The position numbers and the translations under genes were made by a program. Shown here one piece after another: positions 1 to 12,567 of a stretch of DNA of 64,000 nt (position 1 is its first letter; each line of letters starts with the position of its first letter). Source of the stretch: Negaprion brevirostris (lineage: Eukaryota); contig JARDVH010000059.1 in NCBI GenBank assembly GCA_030324005.1, positions 61,458,053-61,522,052 of the forward strand, read 5' to 3'. The notes below the pieces were generated by a model. The model saw nothing but the letters and a program-made list of their open reading frames with translations. It did not search any database and had not been told where the DNA came from.

Positions 1-1869
1 GCTGACCACAGTCCCACATTCACATTCATTGGACAGCAAGAGTCCTCCCCCGGGATTAAGGACTCGAGGAGTGGAAGTTTCGCCCACTGAGGGCTGCTGG
101 TTAATTAGAAGCCAGAGGCTCTATGGAACGGCAATGTCATGGGGGAGCTGATAGCTACTGCCAGTAGGACAACCATCTGAGGCCTAGTGTCATCATTGGA
201 TCCCGGACCCCTCAAATGAATGAGGATGGAAAGGGGTCGTGATGTGGCGGTCACAGAGGAGAAGGGGAGGGAGGGTTGGTGGCTTTCGGTGGACACTCGC
301 CCCCACCTTCTCAATTGGAGACAGGTGACTGCAAGCTATTCCTCATAATTCACCAAAAAAGAGTGCAACCATTTCTAAGATGGCCAAAGGAGCGGAGATG
401 TGTATTTTAAATGTCAACCAGAGAAACTAATCATGTGGTCTTTGTTACAGTATCACTGAAATCAGAAAGAAGATTTTTAAAAACTGAGAAGTGCAATTGT
501 TAAGTGATGTGAACCTTGAATCTGACTGTGTTTTCAATACCTTTCCACAATTCAAATATTTCTAAAAATATAAACATATATCGATGTCCAAACTCATTTA
601 TCATAAAGAAAATGAAGTCCATCGTAACAATTCAGCCCAAGCTTACTGATAAAATGAGGCAGATTTAGTTAAAAGCCGAATGATAGTCATCATGCTGTAA
701 TAGAGTTGAAAGGGAGAAATGTGAAACTACTACTTAGATTCTAGATTTAGGTAAGATTGACTTCAATGCAATGAGTCAGAAACTATCCACTGTAAACCAG
801 GAACATTTGCTAGTGGATAAGAGGACAGAAGAACAGTGGAAAATTTCCAACACAGAGGATTGACAAAAGGGAAGGTCAGGGAGCAGGGGGTCAGAAACAA
901 ATAATCGAGAGGGTTATCAAGAGGAAGCGTTGGAAAAGTGGAAGTTCAGCAGCGACCAGAAAGGTCAGCAGGAAGAAAGAATGCTGATCAGGCCACGCGA
1001 TTCTACATTATACCTGTACAGAATTACATTAAAATAAAACTCCCAATGCTAAAAGTGAATATGGGCCCTACTAACCAAATGGCATTAAAACGGAATGACT
1101 TTAAACAAGACAACTTAAAACTGGGACTTACTGAATCATATTTGGGCCTCCATATATGCATGTAGCCTATCAACAGCACATTTAGCATTGGTCAGGCACA
1201 GAGATCATGTGAATAAGCGGACTGTATGAAGGTGCAATTTTGTTTAAATTATATTAAAAGGGCATTGATTCATCGTCTGTCACAGTCTCTATGCCTGCTC
1301 TCAGGGACTATCCAATTTAGCATCGACAGATCCCCAACTAACAAATAGTTTCTCTCTACCGATCCTGACAGTCCCCCTTGATATCTTTCAAATGCAATGT
1401 CAGAAGAGATTACAAATATAGCATAAGCAATATAAATCATAATACAGTAAAATAACAAAACATTTAGCCCTGTTTTTATATAATGGTACCTTTTGAACCA
1501 TTATAAAAAAAAAATTTTATTCACCAACATTAACTCCACATTATACATACTGCACCTCGGCTTAGTATGTTGAGAGAATTTGAAGCTTTTGTATTTATTT
1601 TGTATGGTGAAGTAACCATATGACAGTTCTGATTCAGTTTGGACTAGAACCATAATAATTGGGGTTGGGGGAGGCAGGGGGTTCAAAAATCCATCATGGC
1701 ATTTTCTGCCATGCCAGCTGCGGCAATATATATTTTCTATTTTTTGAAGTTGAATCCTGAATATGGCACCAATAATGGTAAAAAAAAAACTATAAACTGT
1801 AGAGTATTTGGAATTCAGTAAAAGCTACCAAGAATCAATAGATAAGGGTCAGAAAGAAAAGGTCAAAGA

Positions 1870-2270
1870 CTTGGGTGTTTTTTTTACTGGAGCAGAAAAG
1901 TTAAGAGTGGGATCTAATAGAGTTTTCGAGAGGATCAATGGTGAAAGATTGTCTCCACTGGTTGACAAATCAGTAACAAAGAGATCTAACCTCAGTATTA
2001 TCACTGCAAGAATGAAAGAGGAAGTAGAAAGATTTCTTTCTTACACAGATGGTTATTTGAAGGTAGAAAGCTTTATTACTTCTGGCTATTGAGGCTGACA
2101 TTACATTTAAAAGGGAATCAAATATAGCTTTGAAAAGGAAGGATATAAAAGGACACAGAGAAAAATAGCCAAAGCAATTCAGAATACAGGAAACGGTTCC
2201 AATAGAAAGGCCATCACTGGCACAGCCATGATGGGTCGAATGGTGCTATATTGTAATCAAATTCTATGAT
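1870..2270 (+). mobile_element. Degenerate CR1 LINE 3' end
   Basis: Decayed CR1 ORF2 C-terminal-like sequence ending in GATGGGTCGAATGG...TTCTATGAT, the CR1 3' hairpin/tail. Confidence 0.55.
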
Positions 2271-4711
2271 TAATTGCCAAAAGTATTCTCCCAGCAAATA
2301 TTTCATGAACTTGAGAGGGTAAATAAAATCACTGGAAGATATGAAATATTATTTATTGCAATACCTGACATTATCTAAACAGGGACATCTCATTGTAATT
2401 CACTGATGGAAGACTGCACTGTCATTGCAAAACAAGAATGCTATCAGTCAAAACAGGTTGGAAAGCTTTTTCGTAACATTCCTTTGAATTGGGAAAAAGG
2501 AGTTGCTATTTTTTTCTAAACAATGGATGGAAAGTGACGATAAGCTGCAGCTTGATTTGCTACGACTGGTAGGAATATCAAAACAAACGTGTCAGCCCTC
2601 ATGAGGTATGTGTAGTTCATCGCCTTTCTCATCAGCACGGTCACTGCGACATCACAAGCAGACAGACCGCTCTTGTCGCTGGGACTTTAAGGGAAGGAAT
2701 GTTGAAGTAGACTATTTAAACACACAGCTTTTCTTTTAAAAAATGAATATTAGCCCTAGGACAATATTTATTTTCTCACCAGTATGGAAGTGCTTGGCCT
2801 GTCTCTTCCTTGTTGCTATACTGCTCCGTTTATGCTACTGACAGGGAATTTATCCATGCTTCTCCATGGAAAATAATAAGAATTGTGTTTCCCCAACAAC
2901 CTGGGAGCAACCCAACCCCAAGGAAACCACAATTATGCAGAACTCCCAGAGAACAGGACAGTTTTCAAGGGTCCCGATAAATGTAAAGTAGCTATTTGAT
3001 TCATTTTTTGTAAGAACTCTTTTTTCTCCCATGTTTGTTTGCATGAGTTATAAATTGGTAGAAAAAGAAGTAAATCTACTTAATTGCAGAGTTAATATAA
3101 GATTACTTGTGACATAAATATATTAACTTTAAACTGAAGGCCATGGGCATTCAAATGAATAGAAGAGACACAGACCTGGAGCTGAGGGCCAGAGTTTCAT
3201 GTTTGAGGTGGGAATCAGAAGTCAGGACATTTTCTGAAGTGGCAATCTTACCCTGCAGTGCCGTCAGGCGGGGTTTTCATCCAGCAGGCCAGGGGTGGCC
3301 TGGAGTCGAGCCTGAAGCTAGCTGAGACATAGGCAGCCAGGAGCTGAGATGGTCAGGTTAAAAGAGCTGCTTGCATTTGCAGAGACATCAGTCCAGTTCT
3401 GCAGATCAGTGCGAAACTCCACCCCCCTTCAACTATCCCAACAACGTCCTATCTCCTCAACCCTTACCCTCCACTCACCCCTATACTCCTCACCCACTAC
3501 CCCATCTCATGCTGCTCAACCTACTACAAGCAGATCTCACAAGTCTTATCATACCATTTGAAAGTCTTTGAAAAGATCATAAATCTGTCAAAATAAACAT
3601 GTATAGTTTGAAAAGCTATCAAAAACTTATACTTTTCAGAAGTTCAGATTCATCAAAATAAACAAAGACTTGATAACCACTTTTAAAAAATCATCTTCAG
3701 AACTCATAATCTTAAATACCTAAACTTGCATTCTCTTAGATAGCTGTATAAACAAAATTTGCTGAGCAAATCTATTAGTGATTGAAAAAGAAACAAAGAC
3801 ATAAAACTAACATTCCCCCAAACAAATGTCTAAACAAACACTACTGTGAAAAATTCATTAGAGCCTTTAAAGACAGTTAGCGCCTCAGACATTTGTCGAA
3901 GTTTTGAAACAGCCAAACAGATGGCGAAGCTGAACTTCATGGGAAAAATGAAAGCGATGTGACAATCAGTTCTGGGCAAGTCTTTCAATATTGTACGGTG
4001 CAGAAATTCACAATATCTAATGGATAATGTATCTGAAAATGTTTCCACTTTCACAATGCTGTTCTTTCATTTGACAGTTTTCCAGTTGTTAGAAATAACA
4101 ACCTAGCAACTACATTAATAATGGTCACTTGCATTTTCCAATTACACCTGTAATCAATCACCTTAAAAGTAGGCGATTTACAACATTTCACAATGATCTG
4201 TGAAATAGGCAATACCTTTTTCACTGACCCTTCATATGATTCCTGCTACCAAACCATGGTTCACCCAAAGTTCAGGCTAACTCTGGAATGATTTTTATTG
4301 CCTAACAAAACTTGTTTGTCTTCATTAAAATTGTGAAAGTTCCAAAATGATCATGTGCACAATGGTTCCAGAAACACTGAGACAGCAACGTGGGAGCTTC
4401 TGACTGCCCTACCCCCCTCCCTCCTTCCCTGCGCTGATAAATAATGCGGGTGCCAAAAAGTTAGAGAAGGAAATATGGCTCCTGCCACCATTGTTAAAGT
4501 CTGCCTGATGCGCCTCGGCTTTGCATTGGGACTGCAAACTCCAGCCCTAGATTCTTCTCCGAGATTTTCTGATAATGGAGGAAGATTTGGTGAAAGGACT
4601 AAAAATCTGTGACCTGGGAGGAGGTACACAGCTAAAAAAAAAGCACGGTGCTACTTTAAAATTAAAGAGAGTGGAAAGACTCTCATTTTGTGCAAAGTTT
4701 CAAGAAAAACA

Positions 4712-5073
4712 AAGACTTGCATTTCATAACCACTGGATGTCTTAAAGCCATTACAGCCAATGGATATTTCTGAAATGTTAGCACTGAAATAATGTAGCAA
4801 AACATGGCAACCAATTTAGATGCAGAAAAATCCCATAACCAGCAATGTGCTAAGGACCAGTTAATCTGCTTTTGTGATGTTGACTGGGGATAAATATTAC
4901 TGGGGATAATTCCCCTCCCTGACTTTGAACTAATGCCGTGGGATCTTTAATGTTCACCCAGGAAGGCAGATGGACCTCTGCTGTGGCTGAACTGAAAGAC
5001 TGCACCTCTGTGGGAACAGCACTCACTCAGTATTACACTGCAGAGTCAGCTCTGATTCTTGTGCTTAAGTCCT
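4712..5073 (-). mobile_element. Deu-domain SINE (SacSINE1/AmnSINE-like)
   Basis: The reverse strand carries the Deu-like core (AAAGATCCCACGGCA...GGGGAATTATCCCC) and a 3' tail (GGCTGTAATGGCTTT...ATGCAAGTCTT). It is similar to the split copy at 33545-35655. Confidence 0.7.
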
Positions 5074-5109
5074 AGGGCTGAAATTTCCCAGTCCATTGAT
5101 GGGCATGAG

Positions 5110-5707
5110 GACACGGTGGCACAGTGGTTAGCAGTGTGCCAGGGACACAGGTTCAATTCCAGCCTCAGGTGACTGTCTGTGTCGAGTTTGCACATTTGCC
5201 CCATGTCTTTGCTGATGACACGAAGATGAGTGGAAAAGCAAATTGCGTGGAGGGTGTGGAAAGTCTGCAGAGAGATTTGGATAGGCTGAGCGAGTGGGCG
5301 AGGACCTGGCAGATGGAGTATAATGTTAGCAAGTGTGAGGTTATCCACTTNNNNNNNNNNNNNNNNNNNNNNNNNNNNNNNNNNNNNNNNNNNNNNNNNN
5401 NNNNNNNNNNNNNNNNNNNNNNNNNNNNNNNNNNNNNNNNNNNNNNNNNNAGGGCAGGCTCGAAGGGCCAGATGGCCTACTCCTGCTCCTATTTCTTATG
5501 TTCTTATATCTGCATGGGTTTGCTCCGGTTTCCTCCTACAGTCCAACAATGTGTGGGTTAGGTTGATTAGCCATGCTAAATTGACCCTAGTGTCAATGGG
5601 ATTGGCAAGGTAAATATGTGGGGTAATGGGAATGGAGCCTGGGTGGAGTGTGGTTGGTGCAGACTCAATGGGCCAAATGACCTCCTTTTGCACTGTAGAG
5701 ATTCTGT
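5110..5707 (+). mobile_element. HE1-type V-SINE interrupted by a CR1 insertion
   Basis: The tRNA-like head GGTGGCACAGTGGTTAGCA...GGTTCAATTCC runs to ~5207. The body resumes at ~5508 (TCTGCATGGGTT...GCCATGCTAAATTG) and ends in the CR1-like tail GCACTGTAGAGATTCT. Confidence 0.9.
5207..5507 (+). mobile_element. 5'-truncated young CR1 LINE (partly in gap)
   Basis: Encodes FADDTKM...LQRDLDRLSEWARTWQMEYNVSKCEVIH (CR1 RT). Ends in the 3' tail GGCCTACTCCTGCTCCTATTTCTTATGTTCTTAT. Confidence 0.92.
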
Positions 5708-6299
5708 GACAAATTGGGAGGTGGGAAAACTGGCAAAATGCCAGGGGAAGCATAAGGAAAGAATACTAACATTTTCCCATTACCATACCATATTACCAAG
5801 ATCAGAAAAAATGGTGGCATGGCCATCCTCTGGGCAGCCAGAGTTACTTCAGTGGACATTCAGAAACTACTTTCCACCTGTGCCAACATTTTGCCCTCAT
5901 CAGGGTGGCTTATTGCATTGTGAAGTGGCCACCAGGATTTAGCTGGAAGCCTTACAACGGGTTCCAGTGGTAGTAGGGTCTCATTGATGGGTGCTCCATA
6001 GTTCCAAGCATGTGCATAAATTGAGGCCACAGCGCTTTTCAGCCATGGAAGCTGGAGTGGAATCATGCTTTTTAAATTGAAATTGTAGAGGGAGACAGGT
6101 CACGATAGAGTGATGAAGATATTAGGTAAGACAAATAATTTGGAATATCTGCAGGATCCCTCTAAATGTTCAAAAACTATTGACAGAAAACTTTCCGTCC
6201 ATTGATTAAAGAAGTGTGGTAGAATTTTGACAGGTTAGATTGTAGGAGCAGCAGATTTGATGGGTCAACTGACCTATTCACACTTACAGTTACTTTCAA

Positions 6300-6680
6300 C
6301 AATAGCAACAACTTACCTTTTCATAATACCTTTAATGCAGAAAAAGATCCAAACGTTTTTCACAGAGAAAAATTGATGCTAAAACAAAGTTAGCAGGCAT
6401 GACCAAAAGAACTCCACTGAGGTAAGTTTTAAGTAGAATGTAAAAGGAGATTGAGGGATATTAAGGATGAACCTCCAAAAACTGGAACCTAGCAGGTGAA
6501 GGCATAGCTGCCATGGTAAGGACGAGATATAAGGAAGAGACCATTAGGAGGGCTGTAGATTATGGAATAGGAAGGTAGAGTTGGAGCAGGTTAGGGAGTT
6601 AGAAAAGAGTAAGGCCATAGGGGGATGTAAACACAATAACATTTTTGAAGGTTTAAGGAATCAAAAGTTGAAGTGGTGTT
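6300..6680 (-). mobile_element. Old L2-like LINE 3' fragment
   Basis: Reverse-strand L2-type 3' end followed by a purine-rich decayed ORF2-like stretch. Heavily diverged. Confidence 0.4.
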
Positions 6681-6749
6681 GATTTATCTCAAGCAGGAAG
6701 AGACTGGCATTAATGTTTAGGAAATGAACTGATGCAAGGAGGACAAGGG

Positions 6750-7021
6750 CAAGGGCAACAGATACATGGGAACACCACCACCTGCAAGTTTCCCTCCAAT
6801 CACTAACCATCCTGACTTGGAAATATATCACCATTCCTTTGCAGTCACTGGGTCAAAATCTAGGAATTTCCTCTCTAACGGCATTGTGGGTCAACCCACA
6901 GCACCTGGACTGCTGCATTTCAAGAAGGCAGTTCACCACCACTTTCTCAAGGGCAACTAGGGATGGGCAGTAAATGCTGGCCAGCCAGCAACACCCACGT
7001 CCCACAGATGAATAAAAAAAA
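6750..7021 (+). mobile_element. CR1/L2-group LINE 3' end
   Basis: Contains the C-terminal motifs SKSRNFLSN and FKKAVHHHFL, then a 3' UTR (GATGGGCAGTAAATGCTGGCC) ending in GAATAAAAAAAA. Confidence 0.7.
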
Positions 7022-7499
7022 GAGGCTGACTTCCTTTCAAAAAGGCTGAGTGAGCAGATCAGTACTGACATAACCAAAAAGGAAAACGTTGGTTCTCACA
7101 CTCCTGAGGAATGCATGAGGCAGGTTGTGTCTTTATATGAGGTGGCCAAACATTGTAAAGCTCAGATAAATCTACTTACATTGCGCTCATTGATTTTTCA
7201 TAAGACTTTGAACCTAGCACCTCATGTGGCAGTCATTGAAGAAGCTGGAAGCTACGGGCATAAATGACCCATGTTTACTCCAGCTCCAAGTAATGCAAAT
7301 AATGTCTAAGACTACAGAAATGAAATGTACCTATAGTTGATTATCATCTGAGGTAACGTGTTCTGCTAAACACCTGACTTGAGTATTTCCAAAATGTTTT
7401 GCTTTGCTTCACATTTACAGCAATTCTGGAGTTGATATACTTTACAAGTCTTTGTTTTGTGCTATCAATCTGAACTGTGATTTCTGAATTAATGAACGT

Positions 7500-8250
7500 T
7501 GTTTCTTATTTAGAACATGGACAGATGAGTTCTCTTGATATAAGCAGCTATTATTTTCTATTTGATTTCCAAAAACTGCCTCCCGAAAAGTCATAAATGC
7601 CGACAACATCTACCTTGCAACTGAAGCCCCTGACTTCAACACCTTGGACTGGATCCTAAAGGACAATACAGGGCCCGGTCATGAACACAAACATGAACAG
7701 ACACACACACAAACACACAGTGTTAACGCCCAGCTGAATGCTACCATGAGTATAGTTGCCGGAGGACACCAATCCCTTGGCTCCCCGTCCAAGCAAACAT
7801 CACTCCTCCATATATCGGCCGACTTGCCACAATCTCATAATGACAGAAAAAGTTCACAATTCGCCCCATCAGTCCCATCAAGAAGGCTGATCTGGAAACA
7901 CAGGACTTCAACACAAATTCCACCTGTACAAATGAATGTGAACCACTGGACACGACGAACAAGTACTTGATTTCAAACAAAACCCAAGAGCTGCTGGTTT
8001 CAACCTTCCAAGGAATGAGTGCTGCACCTTCAACAGGTTCAGGACCAGCCACAGCCCCTGCTTGGCCAACCTCCACAGATGGGGCATTAGTGTCACCTCC
8101 CTATGTGTCATTGGGAGAGAGCAAGCTATGCACTACATCATAGGAAGAGTTTCCAATCCACAGACACAGAGAAAGCCTATCTGCACTCAACACAGCAGGG
8201 CCAGGAGAGGCTACTTGAATCAGGGACTTTGCATTCTCTGCATAAACAAA
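7500..8250 (+). mobile_element. Vingi/Ingi-like non-LTR retrotransposon relic (internally deleted)
   Basis: RT-like PKTASRKVINADNIYLATEAPDFNTLDWIL (degenerate YADD), then VNAQLNATMSIV, WLPVQANITPP and FNRFRTSHSPCLANLHRWG...LCVIG..QAMHYI. These occur in the order expected for Vingi ORF motifs. Confidence 0.65.
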
Positions 8251-8400
8251 ATAATTTCAATTTCACCCTTCCCAAAACAGAACAAGTATAATTCTCTCAG
8301 TACTTAATTTTAAGGAACAAATTTCACCACTATGAAACTGCATTTGAAATCTGGATAACCAATGTATCATGATAGTTTGTATAATGGCTCAATACAGATC

Positions 8401-8567
8401 CTCCCAAAGTCCAAACGACGTGCTGGTTAGGTGTACTGGCTATGCTAAATTCTCCCTCAATATACCCGAACAGGCGCCAGAGTGTGGCGACTAGAGGATT
8501 TTCACAGTAACTTTATTGCGGTGTTAATGTAAGCCTACTTGTAACCAACAACTAAACTTTAACTTTA
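8401..8567 (+). mobile_element. V-SINE 3' half with alternative (non-CR1) tail
   Basis: V-domain end GGTTAGGTG...GCTATGCTAAATT followed by the tail CCCGAACAGGCGCC...GGATTTTCACAGTAAC...GCCTACTTGT. The same tail occurs at 22240-22345. Confidence 0.8.
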
Positions 8568-10127
8568 GATCATGACTGAAATTCTTTGGACATTCACATC
8601 CCCTGCTGCTGGCAGAGGATGGGGAATTTGGCGATCAGTCAAATCTCTGTTCACTACAGTGGGCTGGGAGGATCCCATTTGCATGAAGGGCTGTATAATT
8701 CCGCCCCATATGTTTCCTTTTCGCTATGCCGAGTTCTTAAGGCGTTGTTCATATATTTTGTTCAATATATATGTAAATTTATATAAAACCTAATGTATGT
8801 TTTGACGTTTTATGAACAACAAAATTCCAATGTGATTTATACTCTACTGTACACTAACTGTGAGTGCAAGCTTTCTTTGCCTACTTTTTCCCCACATATT
8901 TGGTTCACTATCCTAGTTTCCTCTTCTTGACATGGTTTCTTGTTGGAATATAGTACCACAGTTGATAGATAGATGTAAATGAGTGATGAAATTTGGATGT
9001 AGCAGAATTATCAGGTTTCCTCTATTCTGGTAGAGAAATATTACTGTACACCCTGATTACGTGAAAAGAAATGCACAGGAAATTCTACTTCAGGCTGTTG
9101 GAGCGGGTAGCTGAAACCATGTTGGATAATGAACTGGGGACCTTCATGTGATCAAGTACTTTGAATTAGTAAAGAATCATGAATTGATAAAATAACACAC
9201 CCGACTCTCAATCAGTTTTGTACTTTTTACAATGACCCCAAAAACATTTTGAACTTTGTACAATGACCCCGAGAAACAATTTCCGTATCTTTCATATCTC
9301 TCTCTTCTGCATTAGCTCAGGTTCTCTCTTTTTCTGTCTTTCTTTGTCTTGGATTATTTTTCTCATTTAGTTCTATCCCCCTCCCCAATAATTTCTTTCC
9401 CGCTCTTATCTTACACTTAAGTTTTCACCAAAGGCAGGAAATTTAGAATTGTACATATTGGATTTTATTCAGTCTCAGATTGCAGATTCCTAAGACAGAG
9501 CTTTACATCAGCAAGTTGATCACTAAAAATCAAGTGTATCTTTGCACAACATGCTGGCAAAACAGGCTGATGATTCAGCACAGGACAACAGTAAAGGCCA
9601 AGCTGGCAGCACTGCCTGTTTTCACAGCAACGGCAAATTGGATGATGCCTGCCTCCCATTTTCAGCCATGTTACTCTCACTTTCTTGTTGGCAGCAGAAT
9701 GAAGTTCCACTGGATTGAAAGAATAAATCCTAGTGCTTCCACCGTGCACTGTCTGATTGTGATTGTTATTTCCCCACTTGTGAGTCAGCTGTTACTTCTC
9801 AAGGAGCACTGAGAGCAGACAAAAGTTTGCATTGCCCTGGTTTCAATGATCCCTTGTTCTACATTGATGGGAGGATGACACCCACGCAACCTGCAGTCTG
9901 AACAAGTATTGCAAGATACAAAGTTTTTCTCCCTGACTAGCTGAGACCAATCTTAGCACTCCAGCTAATTCTACAGATTGGAAATCAAGTTTATAATATT
10001 TTACAGCAAAATAGTTTTATTTTTTGCCCAAGTCTATGATTTTTTTCCCTCCTGCTCTCTGATGATATCTAAATTGCAAAAGCACTATGAAAGGACCTTA
10101 AGACAACATAAAATTGTAAACACTTTG

Positions 10128-10416
10128 TGGGCGCAGTGACACAGTGGTTAGCATTGCTGCCTCACAGCACGAGGGACCCAGGTTCAATTCCAGCCTTAGG
10201 TAACTGTCTGTGAGGAGTTTGCGCGATCTCCCTGTGTCTGCATGGGTTACCTCTGGGTGCTCCGTTTCCTCCCACACTCCGAAGATGTACCGGTTAGGTG
10301 GATTGGCCATGCTAAATTGCCCCTTAATGTCAGGGGGGTTAAGGGGATCGGGCCTGGGTGGGATTGTTGCCGGTGCAGGATCGATGGGCTGAATAGCCTC
10401 CGTTGTGACGTATGGA
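10128..10416 (+). mobile_element. HE1-type V-SINE
   Basis: Contains A-box/B-box-like head motifs (CAGTGGTTAGC, GGTTCAATTCC), a V-domain body and the start of the CR1-like tail, then runs into a gap. Confidence 0.92.
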
Positions 10417-11063
10417 NNNNNNNNNNNNNNNNNNNNNNNNNNNNNNNNNNNNNNNNNNNNNNNNNNNNNNNNNNNNNNNNNNNNNNNNNNNNNNNNNNNN
10501 NNNNNNNNNNNNNNNNNNNNNNNNNNNNNNNNNNNNNNNNNNNNNNNNNNNNNNNNNNNNNNNNNNNNNNNNNNNNNNNNNNNNNNNNNNNNNNNNNNNN
10601 NNNNNNNNNNNNNNNNNNNNNNNNNNNNNNNNNNNNNNNNNNNNNNNNNNNNNNNNNNNNNNNNNNNNNNNNNNNNNNNNNNNNNNNNNNNNNNNNNNNN
10701 NNNNNNNNNNNNNNNNNNNNNNNNNNNNNNNNNNNNNNNNNNNNNNNNNNNNNNNNNNNNNNNNNNNNNNNNNNNNNNNNNNNNNNNNNNNNNNNNNNNN
10801 NNNNNNNNNNNNNNNNNNNNNNNNNNNNNNNNNNNNNNNNNNNNNNNNNNNNNNNNNNNNNNNNNNNNNNNNNNNNNNNNNNNNNNNNNNNNNNNNNNNN
10901 NNNNNNNNNNNNNNNNNNNNNNNNNNNNNNNNNNNNNNNNNNNNNNNNNNNNNNNNNNNNNNNNNNNNNNNNNNNNNNNNNNNNNNNNNNNNNNNNNNNN
11001 NNNNNNNNNNNNNNNNNNNNNNNNNNNNNNNNNNNNNNNNNNNNNNNNNNNNNNNNNNNNNNN

Positions 11064-11145
11064 CTTATTGAATGGCAGGGCAGGCTCGAAGGGCTAGATG
11101 GCCTACTCCTGCTCCTATTTCTTGTGTTCTTATGTTCTTATGTTC
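11064..11145 (+). mobile_element. Young CR1 3' end (body in gap)
   Basis: GGCAGGCTCGAAGGGCTAGATGGCCTACTCCTGCTCCTATTTC followed by (TTATGTTC)n. Nearly identical to 5451-5507 and 45271-45343. Confidence 0.85.
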
Positions 11146-11411
11146 TGCCGCACCAAAAATTACAATGTGTCAAGGGGTGAAAGTGTTGAATGAGCATGAG
11201 AGCAGGAGAGAACCATGCCCATTTTTGGGCGAACTCTCAGACATTATCTTATGCCACTTAGGGAAAAAAATGAGGCAAAGTGTGATTCTCACCAGTAGGG
11301 AAAATGCACAGTTTATTCACAATGGGAAGCCAGCTAATGGCTGCTAGAGGGTGCCATTGCACACTCACCTGATCTCCCAATGCACTATGTACATTATGGC
11401 CTCTTGAGATC

Positions 11412-11812
11412 TTTCAATGACTTAGGCTCCACCGAGCCATGGGGCAGAAAGTTCCACAAATTCACCATTCTCAGTGAGAAGTAGTTGCTCCTCATTGTAA
11501 CCTCTCAACCTATCCCTGTGACTACTTGCTCTAGATTACCATAAGAGGAAACATTTGGTCAACATTTACTTTTTCAATCCCTTTTAAAGTTTTATATACC
11601 TCGATCAGATCTCCTCTCACCTTTCTAACTCCAGTGAGTACAAGCCCAAACTGTTTAATCTCTCTTCATACGTCATCCCATTGATCCCAGAATCAATCTG
11701 GTGAACCTCCAGTGTCATCACATCCTTCCCCAAATAAGGAGACCAAAACTGGACACAATACTTCAGATGTGGTCTCACCAACACCCTATACAATTGCAAC
11801 AACACTTCTCTA
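11412..11812 (-). mobile_element. CR1 LINE ORF2 3' fragment
   Basis: Encodes LQLYRVLVRPHLKYCVQFWSPY...YEERLNSLGLYSLE. Confidence 0.9.
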
Positions 11813-11830
11813 CCTTTCTCTTCAGAGAAG

Positions 11831-12567
11831 TAGGCAGATTTTCTATCCAAGTCTTTGTCAAAAAAAGCAGGGGTGTGTGTTTCACATTGTCATTTTAAAA
11901 GCCTAAAGACATCAGCTCTGTAGAGATTAGGGTGCCATTACAAAGCAGTGTTTCAATCACAGCAAAAAATAACCTCCCCCTTCCCACCTCACCATGGAAG
12001 TACCAAGGGCTCCCCGCAAAACTCCCCCACCCCAACTCTCAAAATAATCATCGCCAATATCTCCCTCTCCCTCCTCCCACGCTCTTCCTCCAGTTAACAC
12101 TGGCATCTCTTCTCACCCTTCAGAGCATGCTCTGTCCTCCTGACACTGTGCAAACCTATGCCAGAAAAATACCAGGTGGCAGTGTTCAGGCTTGTCCTTC
12201 TCCCCTGGGGGCTATAATCACATTTGCGCCCCTGGGACTGGGGGGGGGGGGAATCCCGTGGCAGTTTCACATATGGGTAAACTGTTGTAAACCATGCCAA
12301 TGTGACATTGCATCAACAAGGCATGAAATTACTCTGTGGGGGAAAAATGGGTGGGGGGGGGCAAATGCCTGACAATTATATTAAAATTTATGCAAATATA
12401 TTAAAATGAGATTCTCACCCCTTGTGATGTCACCAGTAAGGAGTGGAAAGTAAGGAAAATTGCGGAATGTAATCTACCCCGAGAGAATTGCATTTCCCGA
12501 TTCTCCCCGCATTTTCACTCTGCGTCATCGTTCTCTCTGATGGCAAACACGGGCTGAAAATCAGCCC
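11831..12567. mobile_element. Non-autonomous DNA transposon (MITE-like, GGGC..ATTTT termini)
   Basis: The ends AGGCAGATTTT and AAAATCAGCCC are imperfect inverted repeats. The GC-rich subterminal motifs recur in other copies in the window. Confidence 0.5.

Noticed and set aside
5110-5160. tRNA genes suggested by A/B-box motifs
   Set aside because: All such motifs are heads of tRNA-derived SINEs that continue into SINE bodies. No intact cloverleaf was seen.
10242-11180. Long ORFs in the track (also 43779-44522, 44733-45521, 55290-55938)
   Set aside because: They are open only because they run through N gaps. The real bases are SINE, LINE or non-coding.
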